DNA of 64,000 nucleotides from an uncultured Armatimonadia bacterium (GTDB lineage Bacteria > Armatimonadota > Zipacnadia > CAVVLO01): positions 160,001 through 224,000 of the forward strand of contig CAVVLO010000005.1 in assembly GCA_963749155.1 (NCBI GenBank), given 5' to 3'. Positions 46,955 through 55,828 of the stretch are shown here, in pieces. The notes under the pieces were generated by a model. It had not been told where the DNA came from. It saw nothing but the letters and a program-made list of their open reading frames with translations, and did not search any database. Positions within the stretch are counted from its first letter, which is position 1; every line of letters begins with the position of its first letter. The position numbers were made by a program, and so were the translations under genes.

Positions 46955-48289
46955 ATGTTTGAGAGCCTGACCGATAAACTCTCCGGCGTCTTCTCTCGGC
47001 TGCGCAACAAGGGCAAGCTGACGGAAGCTGACGTTAAGACGGGCCTGCGCGAAATCAGGCTGGTGCTACTTGAGGCGGATGTCAACTACAAAGTCGTAAA
47101 AGACTTTGTAAAGAGCCTCGAAGAGGAAGCTATCGGCGAGGCCGTACTGAAGAGCCTTAGCCCTGACCAGCAACTCGTGAAGCTGGTGCGAGACAAGCTC
47201 GTAGAGTTGCTTGGGACGGAGCAGGCCAAACTGGAATTCGGCCCCGCAAGGCCTGCCGCGCTGATGCTGGTTGGCCTCCAGGGCAGCGGCAAGACCACCT
47301 GCGCCGGCAAACTTGCGCGCAGGCTGAAGAAAGAGGGCCATAGGCCTTTGCTCGTGGCGTGCGACGTGTATCGCCCGGCCGCGATTGACCAGCTCCAACG
47401 GGTCGCCGAGATGGCCGAGGTGGACGTCTTCCAGATGGGCACTGGGACTGATCCGGTGGACATCGCAAAGGCGGGTTTTGCGCACGCGCGTCAGCATGGC
47501 AACGATTTGGTGCTGCTGGATACCGCGGGCCGGCTTCAGCTCGATGATGATTTGATGCAGGAACTCGAGCGGATGAAGGCCGCCGTCAGGCCGGCCGAAG
47601 TGCTACTGGTCGTGGACTCGCAGACAGGCCAGGAAGCCGTTAACGTTGCTGGCGAGTTCGATGCGCGCATCGGGCTTACGGGCCTTGTACTAACCAAGCT
47701 GGACGGCGATGCGCGCGGTGGCGCCGCCCTCTCGGTGAGAGCGGTCACCGGCAAGCCCATCAAGCTGGTGGGCGTCGGAGAGAAGCTCGATGCGCTCGAG
47801 CCTTTCTATCCTGACCGGATGGCTTCGCGTATCCTCGGGATGGGCGATGTGCTCTCGCTCATCGAGAAAGCCGAAGAGCAGGTAGATCAGGAAGAAGCGA
47901 AGCGGATGACCGAGCGCCTGATGCGCGCGGAGTTCAACTTCGAGGACTTCCTTAAGCAGATGAAACAGCTTCGCAATATGGGGCCACTCGATCATATCCT
48001 GGATATGATGCCCGGATTCGGCGCCATGAAGAAGAAGCTTAACCTGCAGGTGGACGAGAGCCAACTCAAACACCTGGAAGCAATGATCCAGTCGATGACG
48101 CTGGAAGAGCGCCGGAACCCGGATCTGATAAGCTCAAGCCGGCGCAAGCGGATAGCGGCCGGTAGCGGCAAGAAAGTGCACGATGTAAACGAACTGCTCA
48201 AGCAGTTTCGCCAGATGAAGAAGATGATGAAAGGTATGGGCTCTGCAGCAAAGAAGGGCAAACTCCCCTTCAATCTGCGTGGGTTCTAG
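46955..48289 (+). CDS. ffh: Signal recognition particle protein
   Basis: MFESL, LLEADV, GLQGSGKTT, DTAGRLQ, TKLDGDARGGAALS, Met-rich M domain with SRRKRIAAGSG. Confidence 0.98.
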   Translation: MFESLTDKLSGVFSRLRNKGKLTEADVKTGLREIRLVLLEADVNYKVVKDFVKSLEEEAIGEAVLKSLSPDQQLVKLVRDKLVELLGTEQAKLEFGPARPAALMLVGLQGSGKTTCAGKLARRLKKEGHRPLLVACDVYRPAAIDQLQRVAEMAEVDVFQMGTGTDPVDIAKAGFAHARQHGNDLVLLDTAGRLQLDDDLMQELERMKAAVRPAEVLLVVDSQTGQEAVNVAGEFDARIGLTGLVLTKLDGDARGGAALSVRAVTGKPIKLVGVGEKLDALEPFYPDRMASRILGMGDVLSLIEKAEEQVDQEEAKRMTERLMRAEFNFEDFLKQMKQLRNMGPLDHILDMMPGFGAMKKKLNLQVDESQLKHLEAMIQSMTLEERRNPDLISSSRRKRIAAGSGKKVHDVNELLKQFRQMKKMMKGMGSAAKKGKLPFNLRGF

Positions 48290-48326
48290 TTGTATAGGTG
48301 CAGACACCGTGGAGGTGACCCCGTAA

Positions 48327-48830
48327 GTGCTTAAGATCAGACTGAAGAGACTTGGGGCGAAGAAGCGTCCTTTCTATCGCATCGTAGTCGCAGATTGCAA
48401 GAAGCCCCGTCAGGGCAGGTCAGTAGAAGAGCTGGGCTGGTACGATCCGCTTACCAAGCCGGCTCGCGTTGAGTTCGACACCGAGAAGGCCGATAGCTGG
48501 GTAGCCAAAGGCGCCAAGATGAGCGAGACTGTTGCCAGCCTGTATAGCCAGGTAAAGGCAGGTCTACTCGGTAGTGCAACTCCCGAAGCTCCTGTTGCCG
48601 CCGAGGCCAAAGCGCCGAAAGTGGAAGAGGCTCCGGTTGTCGAAGAGGCTCCCGTGGTTGAAGAAGCAGTTGCCGAAGAGGTTGTTGCCGAAGAACCAGT
48701 TGCCGAAGAACCAGTGGCGGAAGAAGCTGTCGCGGAAGTTGTTGAAGAGCCAGTAGCGGAGGTTGTTGAAGAGCCGGTAGCTGAAGAGCCGACCCTTGAA
48801 GAGCCAACCGAAGAAACCGAACAGAGCTAG
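48327..48830 (+). CDS. rpsP: 30S ribosomal protein S16 with acidic repeat tail
   Basis: [21 protein letters not shown]...EELGWYDP...GAKMSETV, followed by an ~85 aa E/P/V/A-rich extension. Confidence 0.96.
   Translation: MLKIRLKRLGAKKRPFYRIVVADCKKPRQGRSVEELGWYDPLTKPARVEFDTEKADSWVAKGAKMSETVASLYSQVKAGLLGSATPEAPVAAEAKAPKVEEAPVVEEAPVVEEAVAEEVVAEEPVAEEPVAEEAVAEVVEEPVAEVVEEPVAEEPTLEEPTEETEQS
48620..48825 (+). repeat. Degenerate 15-24-nt tandem repeats encoding (EEPVA)-like units
   Basis: GAAGAGGCTCCGGTTGTC and GTTGCCGAAGAACCA-like units repeated in the rpsP 3' end. Confidence 0.75.
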
Positions 48831-48876
48831 ACGCCGTCGGATGTTCGATCTCGTCTAGAAGTTGGGGGTGGGTGTG

Positions 48877-49107
48877 GTGAAGGAGTTCGTCGAGTTCGTT
48901 GTGAGAGCCTTGGTGGATTCCCCCGACGCGGTAGAGATCAACCAAGTTGAGGGCGAGCGCACCATTGTCATCGAGGTAAAAGTCGCCTCGGATGACCTGG
49001 GCAAGATAATTGGCAAGCAGGGACGCATCGCAAATGCTTTGAGGACCATCGTCAAAGCTGCCGCGATGAAGGACGACAAGAAAGTGACACTGGAGATACT
49101 TCCCTGA
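48877..49107 (+). CDS. khpA: KH-domain RNA-binding protein KhpA (YlqC)
   Basis: DLGKIIGKQGRIANALRT; located between rpsP and rimM. Confidence 0.92.
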   Translation: MKEFVEFVVRALVDSPDAVEINQVEGERTIVIEVKVASDDLGKIIGKQGRIANALRTIVKAAAMKDDKKVTLEILP

Positions 49108-49121
49108 GGGGGCCTGGCACC

Positions 49122-49643
49122 GTGGGCGAACCGCTTGATGAGTGGGACGTCACAGTAGGGCTGCTGCGTACCTCTTCGGGGCTGGATGGCAGCGTCAAGG
49201 TCGAGCCTATGACCTTCGATCCTGAGCGTTTCGAGCTGCTCAAGCAGGTCGCGATTGAGACGGTGCGCGGCAAGCGCCTGTTCAAAATCGAACGGGTAGA
49301 GTTCAGAGACAAACTGCTGCTGCTGAAGCTCGAAGGCATAGACAGCAGAGAGGCGGCCAAGGCGTTGGCGACCAGCCGGATTTTGATTCGAGAGGCGGAT
49401 CGTCTGCCCCTCGATGAGCCTGACGAGTTCTATGTAGACGAACTTCTCGGGCTTGAGATCGTCACAGAGAGCGGCGAAAGTCTGGGCCCGATTATCGAGG
49501 TACTGAACTATCCCGCCAACGATGTGTATGAGACACCGGTGGCTCTGGTGCCCGCCATCAGGCAGATCGTGAAACAGATCGATCTGAAGGCACGGCGAGT
49601 GATAGTTGAGGACAGGCCAGGGCTGCGCAAGGCCGATGTATGA
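49122..49643 (+). CDS. rimM: Ribosome maturation factor RimM
   Basis: GLDGSVKV, GIDSREAA, DEFYVDELLGL, ANDVY, PRC barrel; synteny. Confidence 0.9.
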   Translation: MGEPLDEWDVTVGLLRTSSGLDGSVKVEPMTFDPERFELLKQVAIETVRGKRLFKIERVEFRDKLLLLKLEGIDSREAAKALATSRILIREADRLPLDEPDEFYVDELLGLEIVTESGESLGPIIEVLNYPANDVYETPVALVPAIRQIVKQIDLKARRVIVEDRPGLRKADV

Positions 49644-50437
49644 GGATCGACGTCGTCACGTTGTTTCCCGAGGCGCTGGAAGGCCCGCTAGGGCACAGTA
49701 TACTTGGGCGCGCGGTGGAGAAAGGCCTGGTGGACATCAGGCTTTGGAATCTGCGCGAGTTCACTGACGACCTGCATCGCACCGCGGATGACGCGCCTTA
49801 TGGCGGCGGAGCCGGGATGGTGCTCAAGCCAGAGCCTTTCTTCAAGGCGGCGGAGACCATCTTTGCCGATTGGGGCACCCGCGAGGCGTCCAGAGTGTTG
49901 CTTACGACGCCGCAGGGACGAGTGTTCGACCAGGAGTTTGCAGAGGAGCTTGGCGACTCGGAGCGGCTTCTGGTGTTATGCGGTCACTATGAGAGCGTCG
50001 ACGAGCGAGTGCGCGAGCACCTGGCCACCGATGAAGTCTCAATTGGCGATTATGTTTTGACTGGCGGAGAACTGGCCGCGGCGGTTATAATCGACGCCAC
50101 TGTGCGGCTGCTGCCAGGGGTAGTGGGAGAGGGTGACTCCACCGTGATGGAGTCTTTTTCGGGCTTCCTGCTCGAGCACCCCCACTACACCCGGCCCGCC
50201 GAGTTCAGAGGCTGGCGCGTACCTGACGTACTGCTGTCAGGTCACCACGAAGAAGTGCGGCGCTGGCGACTGAAGATGGCCCTCAAGCGGACGCTTGAGC
50301 GGCGAGCTGACCTGCTTGAGGCCACGGAACTGACGGGCGAAGAGCAGGCTTTGCTGGATGAAATTGGACAGGAGCTGGCGGCGCAGGCCGAACAGCCAAA
50401 CGGAGGACCAGAAGATGGACGTTATCAATCGGATTGA
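49640..50437 (+). CDS. trmD: tRNA (guanine-N1)-methyltransferase
   Basis: [59 protein letters not shown]. Confidence 0.97.
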   Translation: MRIDVVTLFPEALEGPLGHSILGRAVEKGLVDIRLWNLREFTDDLHRTADDAPYGGGAGMVLKPEPFFKAAETIFADWGTREASRVLLTTPQGRVFDQEFAEELGDSERLLVLCGHYESVDERVREHLATDEVSIGDYVLTGGELAAAVIIDATVRLLPGVVGEGDSTVMESFSGFLLEHPHYTRPAEFRGWRVPDVLLSGHHEEVRRWRLKMALKRTLERRADLLEATELTGEEQALLDEIGQELAAQAEQPNGGPEDGRYQSD

Positions 50438-50762
50438 GTCAGCGCAGCTGAGGGAACAGACCACCGAATTCAACGCCGGTGACAATGTGCGCGTTTCCTT
50501 CCGCATCAAGGAAGGCGACACCGAGCGCACTCAGGTATTCGAGGGTGTAGTTATCGCCCGGCGCGGCGATGGCCTGCGCGAGATGTTCACCGTGCGCAAG
50601 ATTAGCCACGGTGTAGGCGTCGAGCGGATCTTCCCGCTGCATTCTCCAAGGATTGAGAAGATCGAAGTCACGCGCCACGGCAAGGTGCGCAGGGCGAAGC
50701 TCTTCTTCCTGCGTAACCGCATCGGCAAGAAAGCCAGACTTAAGGAACGCGGCAGACAGTAG
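50415..50762 (+). CDS. rplS: 50S ribosomal protein L19
   Basis: [44 protein letters not shown]. Confidence 0.97.
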   Translation: MDVINRIESAQLREQTTEFNAGDNVRVSFRIKEGDTERTQVFEGVVIARRGDGLREMFTVRKISHGVGVERIFPLHSPRIEKIEVTRHGKVRRAKLFFLRNRIGKKARLKERGRQ

Positions 50763-50809
50763 TCCAATTCGACCGGGCGCCTTTGGGCGCCTGGAACTGG
50801 TGACGCGGC

Positions 50810-51538
50810 TTGATTCTTAACAAGAACACAGCCATCATGCTGGCAGTACTGTTTTCGGTGCTGGTCCTGGTCCGCATCGTCTACACTATCTGGCGCCGCA
50901 AGGCGGATGCCGTAACTCCAGCAGGAGGCAACGATCCACTGGATGACAAGAGCCTTATCAAGTCCACCATCGACCTGGTGGATGCGTTTCTGGTGGCTAT
51001 TGTCCTAGTGTTTATGATCATCAAACCGTTCGTGGTGCAGACTTTCTTCATCCCGAGCGAGTCGATGCTGCCGACCCTGCAAATCCAGGACAGGCTGCTG
51101 GTCAACAAGTTCGTCTACTGGCTCAAGACCCCGCAGCGGGGCGATATTATCGTCTTCGCCGCGCCGCCCGAAGCGCTTGGCCCTGGAGATCAGGACAAGA
51201 AGGATTTCATCAAACGCATCGTCGGCCTGCCTGGTGACCATATCCAGGTTGTGGGACGCCGATATGTCAACCAGAACGAGGTTGTCGGGGGCATCGTCTA
51301 TGTAAATGGCGAACCACTTGACGAGCCTTATGTAACCCCCGAAAACTTGCCCGATTACGACTTTGATACCGAATATGTCGTGCCAGGTGGCGTCGTGCCT
51401 GAGGGTCAGTTGCTGGTGTTTGGCGACAACCGGGATGACTCTAATGATGGTCACGTGTGGGGCTTGCTGGATCAGAATCGTATCATAGGGAAGGCCTTGT
51501 GCATTTTCTGGCCTCTCAACCGAATGCACCTGCTGTAG
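50810..51538 (+). CDS. lepB: Signal peptidase I
   Basis: Two TM segments; IPSESMLPTL (Ser), RGDIIVF, DFIKRIVGLPGD (Lys), GDNRDDSND. Confidence 0.95.
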   Translation: MILNKNTAIMLAVLFSVLVLVRIVYTIWRRKADAVTPAGGNDPLDDKSLIKSTIDLVDAFLVAIVLVFMIIKPFVVQTFFIPSESMLPTLQIQDRLLVNKFVYWLKTPQRGDIIVFAAPPEALGPGDQDKKDFIKRIVGLPGDHIQVVGRRYVNQNEVVGGIVYVNGEPLDEPYVTPENLPDYDFDTEYVVPGGVVPEGQLLVFGDNRDDSNDGHVWGLLDQNRIIGKALCIFWPLNRMHLL

Positions 51539-51805
51539 GGCCAGAGCAGGCCAACCCCAACCAGTCAACTAACAGGGCCAGGCGCAAGTCTGGCCTTCTT
51601 TATTGCTTGAAGAAAAGCTTGATAACTTCGTCTCTGGCGGGAGGAACTGACCTTCTGCCAGAGAACTGTAAAGAGCCTCTGGGGGGAGGCGCGCTGTTTT
51701 ACCCGTCGCATTGCGATATGCCAGTCCACTTTCGCTGTCTTCTTCTGCCAACCGGACCGGCGTGCTCTCCCTGGACGGCTTTGCAACCACAAGGAGATAC
51801 TCAAT

Positions 51806-52444
51806 TTGCTCCGCTTCGAACGCGCAGCCTGGGATCAGGGCGCCCAATGGATAGCCGGCCTCGACGAGGCTGGACGCGGGTGTCTGGCTGGGCCGGTCTT
51901 CGCCGGTGCTGTGGCGATTACGCGTCAGCATTCACTGCCTGATGTGCGCGATTCCAAGACCCTCTCAGAGCTGCAGCGCGAGGCGCTTTATGCTCAACTG
52001 AGAGGCCGCGCCATCCCTCTAGGCGTAGGTCAGGCAAGCGTTGCGGAGATTGAGAAGCTCAACATTTATCAGGCCTCCATCCTCGCGATGAAACGCGCTC
52101 TGGCGGCGCTCGGGGGCCGGCCTTGCCTCGTGCTGATTGATGGGCTGTCCATTCCCGGCTTGCCCTTTAACCAGCAGAAAGTCATCAAGGGAGATGCCCG
52201 GTGCGCTTCGATAGCGGCCGCTTCCATCGTCGCCAAAGTCGAACGAGACCGGTATATGGTGCAAATGGAAGAAGAATATCCCGGGTATGGTTTTGCCAAA
52301 CACAAGGGGTATGCGACGCCCGAACATAAAAGCGCTTTGGCAGAGCTTGGGCCTTGCCCGCTCCACCGCTGCTCTTTCAAGCCGGTGCGCGAGCTACTTT
52401 TAGGCAATCTCTATACCGAACTCGGAGAGGCAGGACTGCTCTAG
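51806..52444 (+). CDS. rnhB: Ribonuclease HII
   Basis: AGLDEAGRGCLAGPV, DSKTL, LIDG, IKGD, SIAAASIVAKV, HKGY, HRCSF; AAGGAG followed by TTG. Confidence 0.96.
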   Translation: MLRFERAAWDQGAQWIAGLDEAGRGCLAGPVFAGAVAITRQHSLPDVRDSKTLSELQREALYAQLRGRAIPLGVGQASVAEIEKLNIYQASILAMKRALAALGGRPCLVLIDGLSIPGLPFNQQKVIKGDARCASIAAASIVAKVERDRYMVQMEEEYPGYGFAKHKGYATPEHKSALAELGPCPLHRCSFKPVRELLLGNLYTELGEAGLL

Positions 52445-52721
52445 CCGGAAGTTTTCCTTCGCTCAGGCGCCAGGCAAAGGGGCATTTCAGGCCAGCCTCG
52501 GGCTTGCCGCAATGGGGACAGCCCCCGCAACTGGTTTCTAGTGGGCAGCTTGCCTGCCCGCAGTCCGCAGCGACTTTCTGCAGCTTGCCCAGGCGCGCCA
52601 GCTCCTCCAGGGCGGACTCGACCAACTCGCGATTCGTGCCGGTCAGCCGCGCCAGTTCGGGCACGGTCAGTGGTCCACTGGTTTCATGCAGCAATTTGAG
52701 CAGGTCGCTGATAATCGCCAT
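52377..52721 (-). CDS. feoC: FeoC-like winged-helix protein with Cys-rich tail (3' end uncertain, overlaps rnhB)
   Basis: HTH (LTVPELARLTGTNRELVESALEELARLGKL) followed by six Cys; immediately downstream of feoB. Confidence 0.75.
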   Translation of the reverse strand: MAIISDLLKLLHETSGPLTVPELARLTGTNRELVESALEELARLGKLQKVAADCGQASCPLETSCGGCPHCGKPEAGLKCPFAWRLSEGKLPARAVLPLRVRYRDCLKVARAPA

Positions 52722-52724
52722 ACC

Positions 52725-54765
52725 TCAGCCCATCCCCAAGAGCCGCAGCAACTGGAAAGTAATCGTTGCCATAATCCAGGCCAGCCCGACCGTATAGCAA
52801 AGGACGAAGGCGGGCCATTTCCACGAGTTGGTCTCTACCTTTACCGCTGCCAGAGTGGCAACGCAGGGCACATAGAGCAGCACAAAAACCATAAAGGCGA
52901 AACCAGAGGCTGGGGTGAAATGGTTGGCTACCACGGCGGTCAGCGTCTTGCCACCGGCCAGCTCGGGCGCATACAGGGTGCCGAAGCTGCTTACGACTAT
53001 CTCCTTGGCCGCAAATCCGCTCAGCACGGCTACCGATGGCTGCCATTCGCCGAAGCCGCAAGGCGCAAGCACCGGCGCTACAAAAGTCCCAAGGCGTCCC
53101 AGATAGCTGTCCTTGGAGGCATATTCCACGCCCTGGGGGAAACTCGCGACCAGCCAGAGTATGGCAGAGGCAAGCAATATAACCGTGCCAGCTTTGATCA
53201 GGAAATGCTTGCAACGCTCCCAGGTATGGGTCAGCAGGCTGCGACTGGTTGGCATCATATACGGAGGCAGTTCCATTATGAAGGCAGGACTCTCGGAGCG
53301 GAACAGGAGCTTGCGCAGCAGCATACCTACTCCAAGCGCAAACACGATGCTGAGCATATAGATGGCGAAAATGGCGGTGCCCTGGTGGTTGGTAAACACC
53401 GCACCTGCTATCAGCACATAGACTGGCAGTCGCGCGCTGCACGAGATCAGGGGCGCTATCAGTATGGTCAGCAGTCGGTCGCGAGCATTCTCCAGCGTGC
53501 GAGTAGCCATTATCGCGGGCACACTACAACCAAAACCGAGCAGCAAGGGGATAAAGGATTTCCCGTGAAGGCCAAGCCGGTGCATCAGCCGGTCGGTTAT
53601 GAAAGCCACACGAGCCAGATAGCCCGAGTCCTCCAGAAAGCTCATCAGCAAGAAGAGCACGAACAAGCTCGGCATAAAGGAGAGCACCGCGCCAACCCCT
53701 GCGACCAGCCCGTCCGCCACCAGTGAGCCAACCCAGGCCAGGTTGCCTTCGGCGGGAAAAAGCCCGGCTACCCCCTGGCCGATTACTACAAAGAGCTGCT
53801 CCAGCAAATCGTTTATTGGAGCTGAGACTTTGAAGGTAAGCTGGAAGACCGCCCACATCACCAGGGCAAACAGAATAAAACCGAGGTTGCGGCTCATCAC
53901 AAAGGAGTCCAGCTTGTCCGACAGCTCATATTTGCTGGCCTTGGAGACTCGCTTGATGACTTCTTTCCCAAGCCCCGCGATCAGGCCATACCGAGCGATC
54001 AACGAGCAGAGTCTCGGGCGAATCTCCCAGCAGCTCTTCAAGCCGTCGGGCGCCCTCCTGGACTCTGGCTGCGATCTCGCCTGACTGCGGCAGCAGCAAG
54101 TCACAGACAAGCGGGTCGCCTTCGAGCAACTTTATTGCGACCCAGCGTGAGGGCATATTGTTGGTGGACAGCTTCTCCTGCAGCAGAAGAGCTTCCAGGG
54201 CAGTCAGCTCGGTTTCTATCTCGCGCGAATACTGAGGGCGGAAAGGTGTCAGGGAGACTTTGTTGTCCAGTGATTCGAGCAGGGCAGCTTTTAGTTCTTC
54301 TATCCCCTGGTCTCTGGAGGCAACAGCGGGTATCACAGGCACCCCAAGCAAGCTGGAAAGTTGAGCGATATTTATCTCCTGCCCGTCCGCTTCGGCCAGG
54401 TCAATCATATTGAGAACCAGCACCACGGGCAAAGACAGCTCTAGCACCTGCAGGATGAGATTAAGCCCGCGCTCCAGATTGGAGGCATCCACCACGGTAA
54501 TAACAAGAGAAGGCTGTCGTTCCAGCAGGAAATCTCGAGCGATGACCTCTTCAAGAGTATAAGGGGTGAGGCTGTAGATGCCAGGCAAATCAACCAGACG
54601 GAAATCTTTGTCGCCTGCTTCGACATGGCCTTCTTTACGTTCTACCGTGACCCCTGGCCAGTTGCCCACGTATTGATGGGCGCCGGTAAGCGCGTTGAAG
54701 AGGGTCGTCTTGCCACAATTGGGATTGCCCAGAAGGGCAACCAGGCGGGAGTCAGGCGCTGTCAC
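52725..54765 (-). CDS. feoB: Ferrous iron transporter FeoB; frameshift at ~53998
   Basis: G1 GNPNCGKT, NWPGVTVE, DLPG, NMID in 53926..54765; LEDSGYLAR, GFGCSVPA, CSARLPVY, FAAKE, LYVPCVAT in 52725..54110. Confidence 0.93.
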
Positions 54766-54855
54766 AGGGCGCCTCCTCGAGGGCAGGAAGCTTTGAGGAG
54801 ACTACTAGCGGGGCTTTGCAGCCCTGGTTAGCAGCACCATCACTTTTGTCAGGCA

Positions 54856-55092
54856 TCATGAAAGCGAAACCAGGATCCGGTCCGCTACTCCTCGGCCAAG
54901 CATCAACCTTGACCCTCTTAGCTCTACAACAAGAGGAGAACCCGGCTCGTTGCGCAACACCTTTACAGGTGTGCCAGGGGTCATTCCCAGCTCTGCAAGC
55001 CGCCGGCGAAATCCATGACCACCCTCGACGCGGACAAGCGACAAAGGGCGGCCCTGAGGCGCGGCCGACAAGGGTAAGGTTTGGCTCTCCAT
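54856..55092 (-). CDS. feoA: Ferrous iron transport protein FeoA
   Basis: RRRLAELGMTPG, PLVVELRGSRLMLGRGVADRILV. Confidence 0.9.
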   Translation of the reverse strand: MESQTLPLSAAPQGRPLSLVRVEGGHGFRRRLAELGMTPGTPVKVLRNEPGSPLVVELRGSRLMLGRGVADRILVSLS

Positions 55093-55232
55093 AGGCGATT
55101 CGCCCATCGGCGCCAAGCTCCCGACAGGCGGCAAGATAATATAGGATACCTTCTTCCTTGTCTACTGGGAACAACAACCGAATTTCGTAGTAAAATAGGG
55201 GCCAAGCCAACGTAATGCCAGGAGGATGAAAG

Positions 55233-55769
55233 ATGGCCATATCAAGAGCCGAGTATGAAGCCGCCGTCGCGCGGACCCTCGAGTATTTCGAGAAAGCCTG
55301 TATTGCCTTGACCGAAGAAGAAAAAGCCGGTGTCGAAGTCGCGGAGTTCGGGCTGGGAGAACTGGAAAAAACCGGTCTCGAAATCGTCACCTACGTCAAC
55401 ACCAAGCGTTGCTGTGCGAAGGAACTGGTCCTCTTCCCAGGCCAGACCTGCCCAGAACACAGGCACCCTAACGATGGCGTCATACCAGGCAAGGAAGAGA
55501 CTTTCCGCTGTCGCTGGGGCGAGGTTTGGCTGTACGTCGCAGGGATGCCCACTGCCAATATCAAGGGGACGCCTCCGGGAGAATTCTATTCGGTTTTCCA
55601 CGAGGTCATCCTGAAGCCAGGCGAGCAGTATACGCTGGAGCCCAACACGTTGCACTGGTTCCAGGGTGGTCCGGAGGGCGCTGTCGTGTCGGAGTTCTCC
55701 ACGATGAGCACCGACGAGGCAGATTTCTTCACCGACCCGCGCATCCAGCGCGCTCCTGAAGTTTATTAA
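55233..55769 (+). CDS. D-lyxose/D-mannose family sugar isomerase (cupin)
   Basis: CAKEL, QTCPEHRHP, GKEETFRCRWG, LHWFQ, SEFST, FTDPRI. Confidence 0.9.
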   Translation: MAISRAEYEAAVARTLEYFEKACIALTEEEKAGVEVAEFGLGELEKTGLEIVTYVNTKRCCAKELVLFPGQTCPEHRHPNDGVIPGKEETFRCRWGEVWLYVAGMPTANIKGTPPGEFYSVFHEVILKPGEQYTLEPNTLHWFQGGPEGAVVSEFSTMSTDEADFFTDPRIQRAPEVY

Positions 55770-55778
55770 GCGGCAAGT

Positions 55779-55805
55779 AAAAGGGAGCCGGTCATCCGGC
55801 TCCCT
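55779..55805 (-). terminator. Intrinsic terminator between convergent genes
   Basis: AGGGAGCCGG-tcat-CCGGCTCCCT with an upstream A tract (T tract on the minus strand). Confidence 0.78.
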
Positions 55806-55828
55806 GCTAGCTGTCAAAATCCCCAGAG

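Noticed and set aside
48620..48825. Possible CRISPR or intergenic repeat array
   Set aside because: The repeats are degenerate, in-frame codon repeats inside rpsP, with no unique spacers and no cas genes.
53990..54010. Programmed ribosomal frameshifting in feoB, the M20 gene or the ABC transporter
   Set aside because: No slippery heptamer or stimulatory structure seen at the junctions; scattered single-base indels are better explained as errors or mutations.
55130..55175. Fur or DtxR box upstream of feoA
   Set aside because: GATAATATAGGATACC matches both consensus sequences only weakly and is not palindromic.
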